A stretch of DNA of 64,000 nucleotides from an uncultured delta proteobacterium. Lineage in GTDB: Bacteria; Desulfobacterota; Binatia; UBA9968. Position numbers and translations under genes: made by a program. The notes under the pieces are model-generated. The model searched no databases. It was not told where the DNA came from and worked only from the letters and a program-made list of their open reading frames with translations. Positions 40,161 to 50,562 of this stretch are shown here, piece by piece (positions within the stretch are counted from its first letter, which is position 1; every line of letters begins with the position of its first letter). The stretch covers positions 125,492 to 189,491 of the forward strand of contig CAVSLC010000025.1 in the NCBI GenBank assembly GCA_963728565.1, read 5' to 3'.

Positions 40161-40877
40161 TCACTTCGCGTCATGGAAAATGATCCCCAAGGTGTATCGC
40201 TGCCCGGAATGAATCGTGCTGACGCCGTGACGAAGGTTGGCGCGGTAGTAGCCGCGCGCCCCTTTAACAGGTCGATAATGAACTGCAAAGATTACCGCGT
40301 CGCCCTGCTCGGGAGAGAGCACTTCCACCCGAGATTGCCGGCGCGGCTGCTGTTCGGCAAGCACGAATTCACCGCCGGTGAAGTCGGATCCGCGCCGGCT
40401 CAAGAAAAAGGTGAGTTGAAACGGAAACACATTGTCACCGTAAAGATCCTGGTGCAGGCAGTTGAAATCACCGGCGCCATATTTCAGCAGCAATGGCGTT
40501 GGACGGTTTTGGCCCGCGCGATGACACTGTTCAAGATAGTCCGCGAGCGTTTCAGGATAAAGAGGCAATTTACTTCCAAGCCGGCCGCCCCATCGATTGG
40601 CAAGCGCGGCGAGATGCGGATAAATGGAAGACCTGAGTTGTTGAACGATAGACGGTAGCGGATAGTTGAAATATTTATATTCGCCCTGGCCGAAAAAATA
40701 ACGGGACATCTCGATTCGCGAGCGGAACCGATGATCATCAATGTAGTAGCGGACGATCTCTCGACAGTTTTTCTGCGTGAGCACGCCGGGGAGCACCGCA
40801 AAGCCACGTTCGTCGAGAGCAGCGCATGCCCGCTCCCAATCGATTTTCTTTTCTCCAGTTGCCGCTGGGGCGGTCAT
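40161..40877 (-). CDS. 2OG-Fe(II) oxygenase (DUF2086 / Oxygenase-NA type, typically linked to alkylation-repair genes)
   Basis: FRSRIEMSRY.FGQGEYKYF, RPTPLLLKY, LHQDLYG (HxD), LRHGVS, RYTLGIIFHDA. Confidence 0.88.
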   Translation of the reverse strand: MTAPAATGEKKIDWERACAALDERGFAVLPGVLTQKNCREIVRYYIDDHRFRSRIEMSRYFFGQGEYKYFNYPLPSIVQQLRSSIYPHLAALANRWGGRLGSKLPLYPETLADYLEQCHRAGQNRPTPLLLKYGAGDFNCLHQDLYGDNVFPFQLTFFLSRRGSDFTGGEFVLAEQQPRRQSRVEVLSPEQGDAVIFAVHYRPVKGARGYYRANLRHGVSTIHSGQRYTLGIIFHDAK

Positions 40878-40888
40878 GAATATTCTTC

Positions 40889-41389
40889 CTAGAAGCGCGC
40901 GGAAAAGCTCGGGCATCTTTCATGAGCCAAGAGCTTCGCCTTGACTTCGACCCCGCCGGCAAAGCCGGTCAGTGCTCCATTCGAGCCGATGACGCGATGA
41001 CACGGCACGATGATCGACAACGGATTCTTGCCATTGGCGGCGCCGACTGCGCGGACGGCCTTGGCAGATCCGATGCTCTTAGCTAGATCCAGATAGCTCC
41101 TGGTTTGACCGAACGGAATTTCTCGCAACGCCCGCCAGACCTTCTTCTGAAATTCGGTCCCAACGGGCTCAAGCGGAAGATGGAACTCGTTTCTCGTGCC
41201 GGCGAAATATTGTTGTAGCTGCCGCTCAGTCTCTACCAGGATCGGCTGTTGCGGATTGCACTTGAGCGTCGCGAGCTTGATCCGGTTGGGTCGTTCCCGC
41301 TCCCACAATATTGCGACGAGAGCATCGGCGTTTGCCACCAGCTTGAGTTTGCCCACCGGTGATTCCATGTCTTTATAGGACAGCATCAT
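40889..41389 (-). CDS. ogt: methylated-DNA--protein-cysteine methyltransferase
   Basis: SPVGKL, GTEFQKKVW, IPFGQTRSY, RAVGAANGKNP, active-site PCHRV. Confidence 0.95.
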   Translation of the reverse strand: MMLSYKDMESPVGKLKLVANADALVAILWERERPNRIKLATLKCNPQQPILVETERQLQQYFAGTRNEFHLPLEPVGTEFQKKVWRALREIPFGQTRSYLDLAKSIGSAKAVRAVGAANGKNPLSIIVPCHRVIGSNGALTGFAGGVEVKAKLLAHERCPSFSARF

Positions 41390-42250
41390 GCTTGTTTCTT
41401 TCTCTTCCTGGAGAGCGTTTGGGCAAATTCCTTCCACAGATAAACCGCCGCATACGATCCCCAAGGCTTGATCCGTTCTAAATCCAAATCGGAATGAAGA
41501 TCGAGAACTCTTTTGAGAATTAAATCCGTGTTGGGAAACGCGTCGGTATCACCGTTTCGAAGTCTGATATATTCAGCCGACCACGGGCCGAGCCCTCTGG
41601 TTTCGAGAAGCGCCTCGCGAAACGCGGCGGGATCCTGATCTTCGGCGAGAGAAATGGCCCGGCTCAGCACGCGCCGGCTGAAATCTCGGATGGCCTCTCG
41701 CCTAGCGCTGGTCGTTCCGATCGCGCTTAGATCTGAGCTAGCCAGGACTCCGGCAGCGGGAAACAAGTATGCTCTTTTCGATGTCGAGGGATCGACTACC
41801 TCCTCGCCGTAGTTGCTTACCAGTTGAGCGATCAGACGTTCTCTGTGCCCGGCAGAAACGAGTTGCCCCAAGATCGTACATATGGCGGTTTCGAAGCAGT
41901 CCCAGCCGCGAGCCACTCTGAGACCGGGAAAGCGGCGGCATAGGGCCGCCAGCAGTGGAATGCGCTCGAAGCTCTTCGCAATCAGCACCGGATCGCAATC
42001 CAAGTCGAACATTTTTCGAACCCGGCGCGCCGTTTCAGATATTGTTTTGGGATCTTCAGACACGATCCAGACTTTCAGCTGCGATTTGGCGAGAACGCGG
42101 GCGAACCTCGACGAAGCCGACTTTATTTCCTATCCGAAACACGCGCGCAAAGGAATCGCCCGTGACCCGTTCGACTCCCGGGATGGAGTGTGACTGAAAG
42201 TATTGGATGATCGCCTGCCAATCGTAGGGCGTTTTGAATGGCAAGTTCAT
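41386..42250 (-). CDS. alkA: DNA-3-methyladenine glycosylase II (AlkA), one frameshift near 42090
   Basis: AlkA_N (PYDW...IPGVE) in ORF 42056..42268 joins MFDLD, FETAICTILGQ.VS, HhH motif GLGPWSA and DAFP..D in ORF 41386..42063. Confidence 0.88.
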
Positions 42251-42341
42251 CTTGACGCTGTTGCTCAAACGGCCCGGCGTTTCTATGGATTTACGCTCTC
42301 ATCCGAAGTTCGTTAGTGCCCCTGCAAAATTATTCATCAAA

Positions 42342-43160
42342 CTACTTGTCGGGCCGGCAAATCTTGCATGGGCGTAACCCCGCCTGCCGGGCAGCTTTCT
42401 GATCGGCGAAGAAAAGCATTCGTCCACGACCCATCCGCGCCACAGCGCGGCAGCTGGCTCGACAGAAAATCTGGGTTGTCCTGTGTCCCCAAACCACGTT
42501 GTCGGGAACTTTTACAGCGCCATCACCGAGCGCAAAACCTTCGCTGCGCAGCAACTGGCGTTTACGCCCAGGGCCGCCACCGTATCCACCGATTCGTCCG
42601 TCTGATGCAATCACCCGATGGCATGGAACGTAAATCGGCACGGGATTGTTGTGCAGCGCATTGCCGACCGCCCGCGCGCTACTTGCGGAACCGATAGCAG
42701 CCCCCAATCCTTGATAGCTGATCAGCGCTCCGCGCGGGACCGCTTCGAGCTTGTCCAGGACCTTCTTCTGGAACGGATTACCGACAAGAGTCAGATCAAC
42801 ATGATGACGCAGAGCATTGGCCGCACCAGTGAGATAGCGGTCAACCTCCTCGCCGACTGCCGTGACAACCGGTCGATCCTCAACCGGATCGAACTGCAAT
42901 CGCAGCTTTGAAAGGGCCGCCGCGACATCGCTACTTTGCTCGATGTAATGATTAAGCACAATACCGCTGGCACTCAGGGCTACCAGCAGATCGCCCAATT
43001 TTGATTTCACAAGACCGACCGCCGCTTGTGGTCTGCGAACCCGTTCTAGCGCCTTGTCGAGCTTAGCAGAAGAGCGAAGCAACAATTCTTGGATGACTTC
43101 TTCCGGGCTGTCGATCGCGGCTGATCCAATGAGAGTTTCGATTTTCATGACTTTCACCAT
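42342..43160 (-). CDS. Ogt-type methyltransferase fused to a C-terminal Ada Zn-binding domain
   Basis: FQKKVL, ARAVGNAL..NP, PCHRV; the C-terminus TTQIFCRASC...AGLRPCKICRP matches the four-Cys metal-binding motif of the E. coli Ada N-domain; no AraC HTH. Confidence 0.9.
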   Translation of the reverse strand: MVKVMKIETLIGSAAIDSPEEVIQELLLRSSAKLDKALERVRRPQAAVGLVKSKLGDLLVALSASGIVLNHYIEQSSDVAAALSKLRLQFDPVEDRPVVTAVGEEVDRYLTGAANALRHHVDLTLVGNPFQKKVLDKLEAVPRGALISYQGLGAAIGSASSARAVGNALHNNPVPIYVPCHRVIASDGRIGGYGGGPGRKRQLLRSEGFALGDGAVKVPDNVVWGHRTTQIFCRASCRAVARMGRGRMLFFADQKAARQAGLRPCKICRPDK

Positions 43161-43672
43161 CTTTTCTTGAGCTTTCCGATAGCCTGGGAAACATTTGCTC
43201 GCGCGCTTTCTTCCGAACAGTCAATGGCATTGGCTATTTCCGGATAGTTAAGTCCGGCGAAGTAGCGCAAATGCAGCGCCTGTTGCTGCTTCGCCGGCAG
43301 ATCAGCGATTAGTTCGCGCAAATGAACCGCGGCATAGCCTTCAGTCCCATGATCTACTCGATGGTCCTTTGCGATCAAGTCCGCTGCGGCTACCGCCTTC
43401 TCATCCGGTACGAGCACCCGGGCGCGGCGCGCGGAATCACGCGCGCGGTTGCGCCATAGGTTGCTCGCAATCGTGTACAACCACGGACGCACGCCGTCCC
43501 GGGCATCGAGTCTGGGATAGGCGCGGTAGGCGCGCAACCAGGTTTCCTGGAACAGGTCTGCGGCATCTTCGGGATTGCTCGACAGACGCAGCAGGTAGCG
43601 CATGATTTCGCGCTGATGGCGCTGCATGATTTCTTCAAAAGGCAGCGGTAAGGGCAGCTTAGGTTGCGCCAT
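43154..43672 (-). CDS. ECF-type RNA polymerase sigma-70 factor
   Basis: DAADLFQETWLRAY, WLYTIASN (region 2); LPAKQQQAL.LRYF.GLNYPEIA (region 4); its stop overlaps the start of the next gene. Confidence 0.93.
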   Translation of the reverse strand: MAQPKLPLPLPFEEIMQRHQREIMRYLLRLSSNPEDAADLFQETWLRAYRAYPRLDARDGVRPWLYTIASNLWRNRARDSARRARVLVPDEKAVAAADLIAKDHRVDHGTEGYAAVHLRELIADLPAKQQQALHLRYFAGLNYPEIANAIDCSEESARANVSQAIGKLKKRW

Positions 43673-44075
43673 ATCTCTTAAAACACCACAGAAGAACGAA
43701 TGTGAAAAGTCCCGGCGTTCTATCAACCTTTGCCAGGTCTCCGCCGGTCCTTTCGACGAGATCAGGAATGATCAGGAATGAGCTTGTTCAAGCGGACTCA
43801 CGAACGGCAGGCAGGTGGTTTCGTGGATAGTTAAATTTTTAAACATGCTGATTTCTTCAGGTGCGAGCAGCAGCGGCTGAAATGCGCAAGATAAATATTC
43901 AGACGAGATCAGACTACATGAGCCGGAAGGAAAGCTTCTGGATGGGGGGAAGGCGAAAGTTTAGATGAAACGAGAACGGAGTAATTTGCTAAACCGGGTT
44001 CGTGCAGCAGCGTTTCGCCGTGTATTTATCCATTGGATCATTTTACCAGAGTTGAAACGGCAGGACACCGTGGGG

Positions 44076-44537
44076 TTACAAATTGAACCATTTTACGACC
44101 CGCTCCGCATCCATCATGCCGCCGATCAAATAGATCATTGACGCGAATGGAAGCGTGAACACCGCCCAAAGACCCGTTAACAGCGCATAATCTCCATTAA
44201 CGTCAGTCATGATGCTCAGCGCGTCGAGGAATTTAACCGCGACGAACGGTCCGCTAGAAAGCACAGTGAAAACTACTCCGAAGATGAGCCCGTAAGGTCT
44301 GTAGCAATGAGCCGAATGATCAACGGCAGATTTTCTCTGGCTGGTTCGCTCGTGAATATGCGCGCATCGCTTTCGAATTTCGGCTTCAAGTCGATTTTCT
44401 CCCTGGCGCTCGCGATCGGCATCAGACCAGTAACGCAATTTAAATAATTCTCGCAGCGAGTAGGCGGAATAATCTGCCCCATAGCGCAGGGCGTTTGTTT
44501 GCTCGGAGCGTTGACTAAGGTTCCATGTGATTTCCAT
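44076..44537 (-). CDS. hypothetical membrane protein
   Basis: Soluble N-terminal half and two C-terminal hydrophobic segments. Confidence 0.6.
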   Translation of the reverse strand: MEITWNLSQRSEQTNALRYGADYSAYSLRELFKLRYWSDADRERQGENRLEAEIRKRCAHIHERTSQRKSAVDHSAHCYRPYGLIFGVVFTVLSSGPFVAVKFLDALSIMTDVNGDYALLTGLWAVFTLPFASMIYLIGGMMDAERVVKWFNL

Positions 44538-44808
44538 GGCGAGTGCGGATCAGCAAGGAACATACCAAAGAGTTCCAGTGTCGCTCTTGCTAATGCGACG
44601 GTAAACTACCGGCCTGTAAAAGAATTTTTCCTGATGCAGTGAACAAAAATTTCCCCAACATAGCTCAAGCGAGCAAAAAGGAACGAGCCGGGAAATCGAT
44701 GGTCGATCTTTGACTATTCGTTTGAGCCGGTCTGCGACGAGCAGTTTCCCGTGGTGAGTGGCACTTGAGCGAAAGGCAGCTGGAAGTCAAGCGCAATTTA
44801 GCAGCAGG

Positions 44809-45465
44809 CTATTCTTTTGCCGCTGTCGCGGCGATCGCCGCATACGTCGCGGTGGTGAAGAGCACGCAAGCTGCCGTGACGAAGAGCGGTAAGGCCACTC
44901 CATAGCGCAAAAGGTAAGCACCAGAAAGTGCGCCCCCGAACAGAGCTATGATGGAGAAGATGCGGCGCGCTGGCCGCGGGTTACTGCCACCGGCGACGGA
45001 GGAGTCCGCGGCCAAGCCGGTCAATGTCAGCGTTAGAACCGTGGTCGTGACATCTGCGACACGGAGTTGCCGGACCGTAGCATTCCTCAGTCCCATCGAT
45101 AATGCCGTCAAAACGATCATTGCGTACAGTTGATGCGCCGGCGCCGATGACGGCATGTCGAATCCAATCGCGCTCACGGCCGCGGCAAAGATCAAGAGCG
45201 CTTCTAAAATTCCTGCGCTAAGGATCAGCCGGCGCCGACTGCCAGCCGCCAGGGTGGAGCCGAGCTTTCCGCCGATCGTCGCCCCGATAATAAAGCCGCC
45301 AAGAGACGATAAAGCGCGTGCGATCGAGAGGCCGGAAACTCCGGCCGCGGCGAATGCCAAGAGAACCACGTTGCCCGTCATGTTGGCGACGAACACACGT
45401 CCGAGTCCGATATAGCTGACCGCATCGATCAGCCCTGTGTTGAAGGTTAGCACCATCAGCGCCAA
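44809..45465 (-). CDS. YoaK / DUF1275 family membrane protein (true start probably slightly upstream)
   Basis: G.IDAVSY..LG.VFVANMTGNVV, MGLRNA, TTTVLT motifs. Confidence 0.88.
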   Translation of the reverse strand: MALMVLTFNTGLIDAVSYIGLGRVFVANMTGNVVLLAFAAAGVSGLSIARALSSLGGFIIGATIGGKLGSTLAAGSRRRLILSAGILEALLIFAAAVSAIGFDMPSSAPAHQLYAMIVLTALSMGLRNATVRQLRVADVTTTVLTLTLTGLAADSSVAGGSNPRPARRIFSIIALFGGALSGAYLLRYGVALPLFVTAACVLFTTATYAAIAATAAKE

Positions 45466-46107
45466 GAGTAGGGATTGAGTCTGACGTTCTGTCGGACTAG
45501 CCGCGGGCTTCTCCTGCTCTACGGCCCTAACTGTTTCGACCCCAAAAAATCACCGGCGGATCGCCTTGCTTCCGGGGTTACGTTTGCGTGCGTGTTCTAG
45601 GGAAGACAGCGGGCGGGACTGCGCATCGGAGGCTCAAAACGATTTACGCCGCAGCATTCGCTTGACAAGCATAGCGGTGATGCCGGCGAAGGCTGCTTTG
45701 CGAAACGAGCCGCCCAAAAGGCCGCCGGCCCGTCCCGCTTGAGCACCTCGGCTCCCTCCACCCAATAGACTCTGAAGAATTCGTCGCTTCAGCAAAAAAG
45801 AAAAGATCGGCATCTTCGGCTCCTAACCTTAGGTTTATTTTCTGACCTACTCGATCCGCAAGGAAGATGCCATCGGCCTCGCACCGGCACTTCGCGATGA
45901 AATCGATCCAGTGTATTGCAAAAGCGACATTGCCGTACCCTCAGGCTTGTCGGCCGGGACACAATCAGCCCTATGTATAAAGCCCTGTCCGAACGAGGAG
46001 GTGTCGTAGGTTGATTTTGAAAGATCAGCTACTTCATAGGTGAACCCGCCTAGTCGCCAGCGGTACTGTTCAGACGAAAAGACTTTAACTGGGCATCTTC
46101 ATGTATA

Positions 46108-47646
46108 CTATACAATCTTCATATCCCAGCCGAGCACCTTCTCATCCGGTCTCATCCGCCAAGCCAGATTCTTCGCCGCGCCGTAAATGGATGCGAGATT
46201 GTAAAGCGGTACGAACGGCGCGTCTTCCATAAGAATCTTTCCCGCCTGCTGCAGCAACGCGATCCGTTTCTTAATATCGGGGATCATTTGCTCTTCATCG
46301 ATGATCTTGTCGAAAGACGGGTTGCTGTAATTGCACCGCTTGGTGGTGCCTGTGCGAAAATACTGGTCGTAGAAGGTATCCGCATCGGTCAAAGATCCGC
46401 GATTGTTATAATAGAAGGGGAGCTTGCCGCCGTTGACCCCTTCCTGTCCCCAAAACAGAGCCCATTCCTGAGAGATGAGCTCGACTCTGAAGCCGCCTTT
46501 GACCATCTGAGCCGCCACTGCCTGGCAGACTTCTCTGTCTTTGGCATAGCGGCCGGCGGAATAGTAGAGCTGCACGTCACAGCCATCGGAGTATCCGGCT
46601 TGCGCCAGTAGGGCCTTAGCTTTGTTGGGATCATAGGGGTAGCGTTTGAGTTTCGGATCAGAGCCGATGACGTGCGGTCCGACCGGCCCGTCGATCGGAT
46701 AACCGATGCCGTCAAAAATGTTTTTGACAATAGCCGATGCATCGACGCAGTGATTGACAGCCTGACGCACCAACTTGTTGTCAAAAGGCTTGTAGGTGAC
46801 GTTCATCATCAGAAAATACATCTCCAAGCCTTCGATCTTATCGATCCTGATGCGCGGATGACGCTCTAATCTGCCGACTTCATGCACCGGAATGGCGTTA
46901 ATGAAATCGGTCTGACCTGATTCCAATGCCGCCAAACGCGCAGCATCTTCGGTGACCTTGCGAAAAACGACTTCTTTGATCACCGCCTTGCCGCCCCAAT
47001 AATCGTCGTTGCGGGTGAATACCAGATTACCGCCGCGTTGAAAGCTGATGAATTTATAAGGACCGGTGCCGACCAGATTCTGATACAGCTGGTCGCCGTA
47101 TTTATCGCCGGCAACCTTGCTGACGATGAACCGGTTTCTCAAGCGGTCCAAGAAAACTGCCAGAGGCTGCTTGGTTACGAAGATGACAGTCCGATCGTCC
47201 GGCGTTTGTATTTCAGTGACATCATTGAAGTTCGATGCTTGCAGGCTGCCGCCCTTTTGATCGCGCATCCTTTCGACCGAGAATACCACGTCCTGGGATG
47301 TCAATGGCGCACCATTGTGAAATTTGATGCCCTTTTTGAGCTTGAACACCCATTGTTTTCCTTTGAACTCCCAGGACTCGGCAAGGACGCCGACCCAGGC
47401 CTTTTTTGTGTAATCTAATTCCACCAGCGGCTCGATGACGTGCTGCCAATTGCCGTAGATCGAACCGGAACTTTGATTATAGGGATTGATCGAATCGGCG
47501 ACGGTGTTCTGATAGATCGTAATGCGGTCTCTGGAAGCGGCAAAAGCATTGCGAAACAGGTAAGGCGCGGTGATGAGGCCTGCGCCAAGCGCGGCGGATC
47601 CTTTTAAAAAATTTCGCCGGCTGACTTCGTTATTTCTTTTAGACAT
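46108..47646 (-). CDS. ABC substrate-binding protein family 5 (peptide/nickel), Tat signal
   Basis: SRRNFLK; LAESWE, KFHNG, GTGPYKF, PFDNKLVRQA. Confidence 0.93.
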   Translation of the reverse strand: MSKRNNEVSRRNFLKGSAALGAGLITAPYLFRNAFAASRDRITIYQNTVADSINPYNQSSGSIYGNWQHVIEPLVELDYTKKAWVGVLAESWEFKGKQWVFKLKKGIKFHNGAPLTSQDVVFSVERMRDQKGGSLQASNFNDVTEIQTPDDRTVIFVTKQPLAVFLDRLRNRFIVSKVAGDKYGDQLYQNLVGTGPYKFISFQRGGNLVFTRNDDYWGGKAVIKEVVFRKVTEDAARLAALESGQTDFINAIPVHEVGRLERHPRIRIDKIEGLEMYFLMMNVTYKPFDNKLVRQAVNHCVDASAIVKNIFDGIGYPIDGPVGPHVIGSDPKLKRYPYDPNKAKALLAQAGYSDGCDVQLYYSAGRYAKDREVCQAVAAQMVKGGFRVELISQEWALFWGQEGVNGGKLPFYYNNRGSLTDADTFYDQYFRTGTTKRCNYSNPSFDKIIDEEQMIPDIKKRIALLQQAGKILMEDAPFVPLYNLASIYGAAKNLAWRMRPDEKVLGWDMKIV

Positions 47647-48501
47647 GGGATTCTCCTCGATCGTGGTCGGCCAAGCTATTCGTCACCACCAAGAACCATG
47701 ATGACGACGGCTGGAATATGTAGTCGCTCTCGAGCAGAGTTCAACATTCTTGCGATGAGAGCAAGCTCTGCGCAGCGAAAATGAGTTCGGACAGATGCTT
47801 TACCTCCTTCACGATTGTACTCTAAGTTCCATGGGAGAGAACGGCTCGTAAGTGTTCGGCTAGGTCCATCAACTGCTCGGCGGCGCGCACGGCACAACCA
47901 GATCGCTTGCGTTCCCAAGCCAATGGCGATCGTCAGCAGCGCCAGGAAAGTTCCGGGTATCGCACCAGACCAGTCATATGGTGAACCTGGCAAGACTAAC
48001 GATTATCGTATCGTGTAACCGATGTCATGAACGAAAATCAACGTGAAAACGCGGATCAACGCCGCGGAGCAACGCATAGACACCGATTTCAGTAAGCAGG
48101 AATTTCGCCGCGACCGCCACCGGCAATGTCGGGTATGACCCGGGGCCAAAAAATTGTCGAAAGATACCGGCTCTTAGTAAAAAATCGGATTACACTGCCA
48201 AACTAAGTTCCGTGATTTTCGCTCCTGCTCGCCCGGCTGGACCAAAGCATCACGATGACTCTAGATAACCACAGGAAAACCGAATAAATGTTTGTTCCGA
48301 CATCAACACAGCAGCAGCGTCACGCGTCAAAATTTATTCATTCTCGCGCGAATACTTTGAATTTGCGCTGCCTGTTACTGGGACGATCTCTGCGTCCGAT
48401 CCGGCGAGGGCAACGCTACAGAACGACCCATCGCGCGGATGCATCGTCAGAGGTTCGATTTAGCCGGCAAGAAAGGCCGGACAGAAAGGAGGTGAGTTAA
48501 A

Positions 48502-48661
48502 ATGGCGGAAGAGAGCTGCGCTCATCCGGATTGTGGTTGTGCGCTGGAGAAAGGGCAGGGCGTTTCGCGCGACGGAGAAAATTTTGCAGCGAGCACTGTG
48601 CAGTTGCCAGCCGCGATCGAGTTCCGGTGATTGTGAATGCGGTCACGCCGATTGTCAGTGA
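48502..48661 (+). CDS. probable bacterial metallothionein (two apparent single-base deletions)
   Basis: Strong RBS AAAGGAGGTG; MAEESCAHPDCGCALEKGQGVSRDGE, then in shifted frames FCSEHCA and GDCECGHADCQ*. The 160 nt plus 2 give 54 codons. Confidence 0.7.
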
Positions 48662-48895
48662 CACCCAGGGGATGTGACCAGGTCGCTACCCCAGCCTTTC
48701 ATTCCCTACGCTTCCTTGTTGCGACCGTGTTTTGTGGTTGACCGATATCACTCCGCTAAGGCGGGTAATCCCCGTCCGGCGGTGGCTCACCTGTGCACCA
48801 AAAATCAACCTCTGGAGCATACCCCGCTAAACGTTTAGATTAAGTCTTGTTAGGCAGTGGCGTGGACGCAATTCGGCGGCAGGAGGAGTAGATCG

Positions 48896-50545
48896 ATGAG
48901 TATTCATCCTTTGGCGGGGAAACCCGCGCCCCAGGAAGTTTTGATCAACGTCGGCGAACTCGAGAGGGCTTACTACGACCGAACTCCCGACATCGATAAT
49001 CCATTGCAACGAGTGAGTTTCGGCACGAGCGGTCATCGTGGAAACCCGCTGGACACGTCACTCAATGAGGCGCATATCCTGGCGATGACTCAGGCAATTT
49101 GTGATTATCGCGCCACCCAGAAAATAACCGGGCCCCTCTTCATGGGCAAGGACACTCACGCGGTTTCCGGCGCGGCGCAGCGCACCGCCCTCGAAGTTCT
49201 CGCGGCCAATGAAGTCGAGACCGTGATTCAGCGCGACGATGGCTTTACGCCGACGCCATCGATCTCCCGAGCAATTCTGAATTACAACGGCAATAAAAAA
49301 AATGGTTTTGCCGACGGCATCGTCGTCACACCATCACATAACCCGCCGGCGGATGGCGGATTTAAGTACAACCCGCCCAACGGCGGCCCCGCCGATACTG
49401 ACGTGACCGACTGGATTCAGCAGCGCGCCAATGATCTCTTAAAGAAGGGCAATCGGGAAACGAAACGGCTCTCCTACGATGCCGCGCTTCGTGCAGTCAA
49501 CGTCCATCAACAAGATTTGCTGACGCCCTATGTCGATGATCTGATCGAAGTTGTCGACATGGAAGCAATCAGCGCAAGTCTAATAAAAATCGGTATCGAC
49601 CCTCTTGGCGGTGCGGCGATCTCTTACTGGCAAGCGATCGGCGAGCGGTACCGACTGGATCTGACCGTGGTCAACACTCAAGTTGATCCAACCTTTAAGT
49701 TCATGACTCTTGATCACGACGGCAAAATCAGGATGGACTGTTCGAGCCCCTATGCCATGGCGAGTTTGGTGAATCTAAAGGATCAATACCGGATAGCCAT
49801 GGGCAATGATGCCGACGCCGATCGCCACGGCATCGTCACGCCGAGCGTTGGCCTGATGAACCCCAATCACTATCTGGCGGTGGCTGTTGATTATCTCCTG
49901 GCCAGCCGGTCGGATTGGAATCCCCGCGCTGCCGTCGGCAAAACTCTGGTGAGCAGTTCGCTAATCGACCGAGTAGTGGATTTACGGGGGCGCAAGCTTT
50001 TCGAAGCGCCGGTCGGTTTCAAATGGTTTTCACAAGGGCTGCTTGACGGCACGATTTGCTTCGGTGGCGAGGAAAGCGCCGGGGCCAGTTTTCTATGCCG
50101 CAATGGGTCGGTCTGGACCACCGACAAGGATGGAATTATTCTCTGCCTGCTCGCGGCGGAGATCATCGCGCGGACGGGAAAAGATCCCGCCGAACGCTAT
50201 GAAGAGATTGTTGGAGATCTCGGCATGCCTTATTACGCGCGCACCGATATCCCGGCAACGGCGGCACAAAAAGCGGCGCTTAAAAAGCTCAGTCCTGAGA
50301 CGTTGTCGGCTGAGCAATTGGCGGGCGAAGCGATCACCGCTAAGCTGACGCGGGCGCCGGGCAACAATGCTGAGATAGGCGGGCTTAAAGTCGTTTCACA
50401 AAACGGCTGGTTCGCCGTGCGCCCATCGGGAACTGAAGACCTGTGCAAAATTTACGCGGAAAGCATGCGCAGTGAGGAGCATCTCAAGCGAATCCAGGAC
50501 GAAGCCTGGCAGATTCTGCAAGCGGTTTTCACGGCGAGCGCATGA
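48896..50545 (+). CDS. pgm: phosphoglucomutase (alpha-D-glucose phosphate-specific)
   Basis: [42 protein letters not shown]. Confidence 0.96.
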   Translation: MSIHPLAGKPAPQEVLINVGELERAYYDRTPDIDNPLQRVSFGTSGHRGNPLDTSLNEAHILAMTQAICDYRATQKITGPLFMGKDTHAVSGAAQRTALEVLAANEVETVIQRDDGFTPTPSISRAILNYNGNKKNGFADGIVVTPSHNPPADGGFKYNPPNGGPADTDVTDWIQQRANDLLKKGNRETKRLSYDAALRAVNVHQQDLLTPYVDDLIEVVDMEAISASLIKIGIDPLGGAAISYWQAIGERYRLDLTVVNTQVDPTFKFMTLDHDGKIRMDCSSPYAMASLVNLKDQYRIAMGNDADADRHGIVTPSVGLMNPNHYLAVAVDYLLASRSDWNPRAAVGKTLVSSSLIDRVVDLRGRKLFEAPVGFKWFSQGLLDGTICFGGEESAGASFLCRNGSVWTTDKDGIILCLLAAEIIARTGKDPAERYEEIVGDLGMPYYARTDIPATAAQKAALKKLSPETLSAEQLAGEAITAKLTRAPGNNAEIGGLKVVSQNGWFAVRPSGTEDLCKIYAESMRSEEHLKRIQDEAWQILQAVFTASA

Positions 50546-50562
50546 CGATTGACGGTTATATC

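Noticed and set aside
43760-43781. Tandem GATCAGGAAT x2
   Set aside because: Only two units, probably part of a decayed extragenic repeat; no function can be supported.
47676-48500. Short ORFs between the SBP and metallothionein genes
   Set aside because: No RBS or motif support; at most a remnant of a membrane-protein gene.
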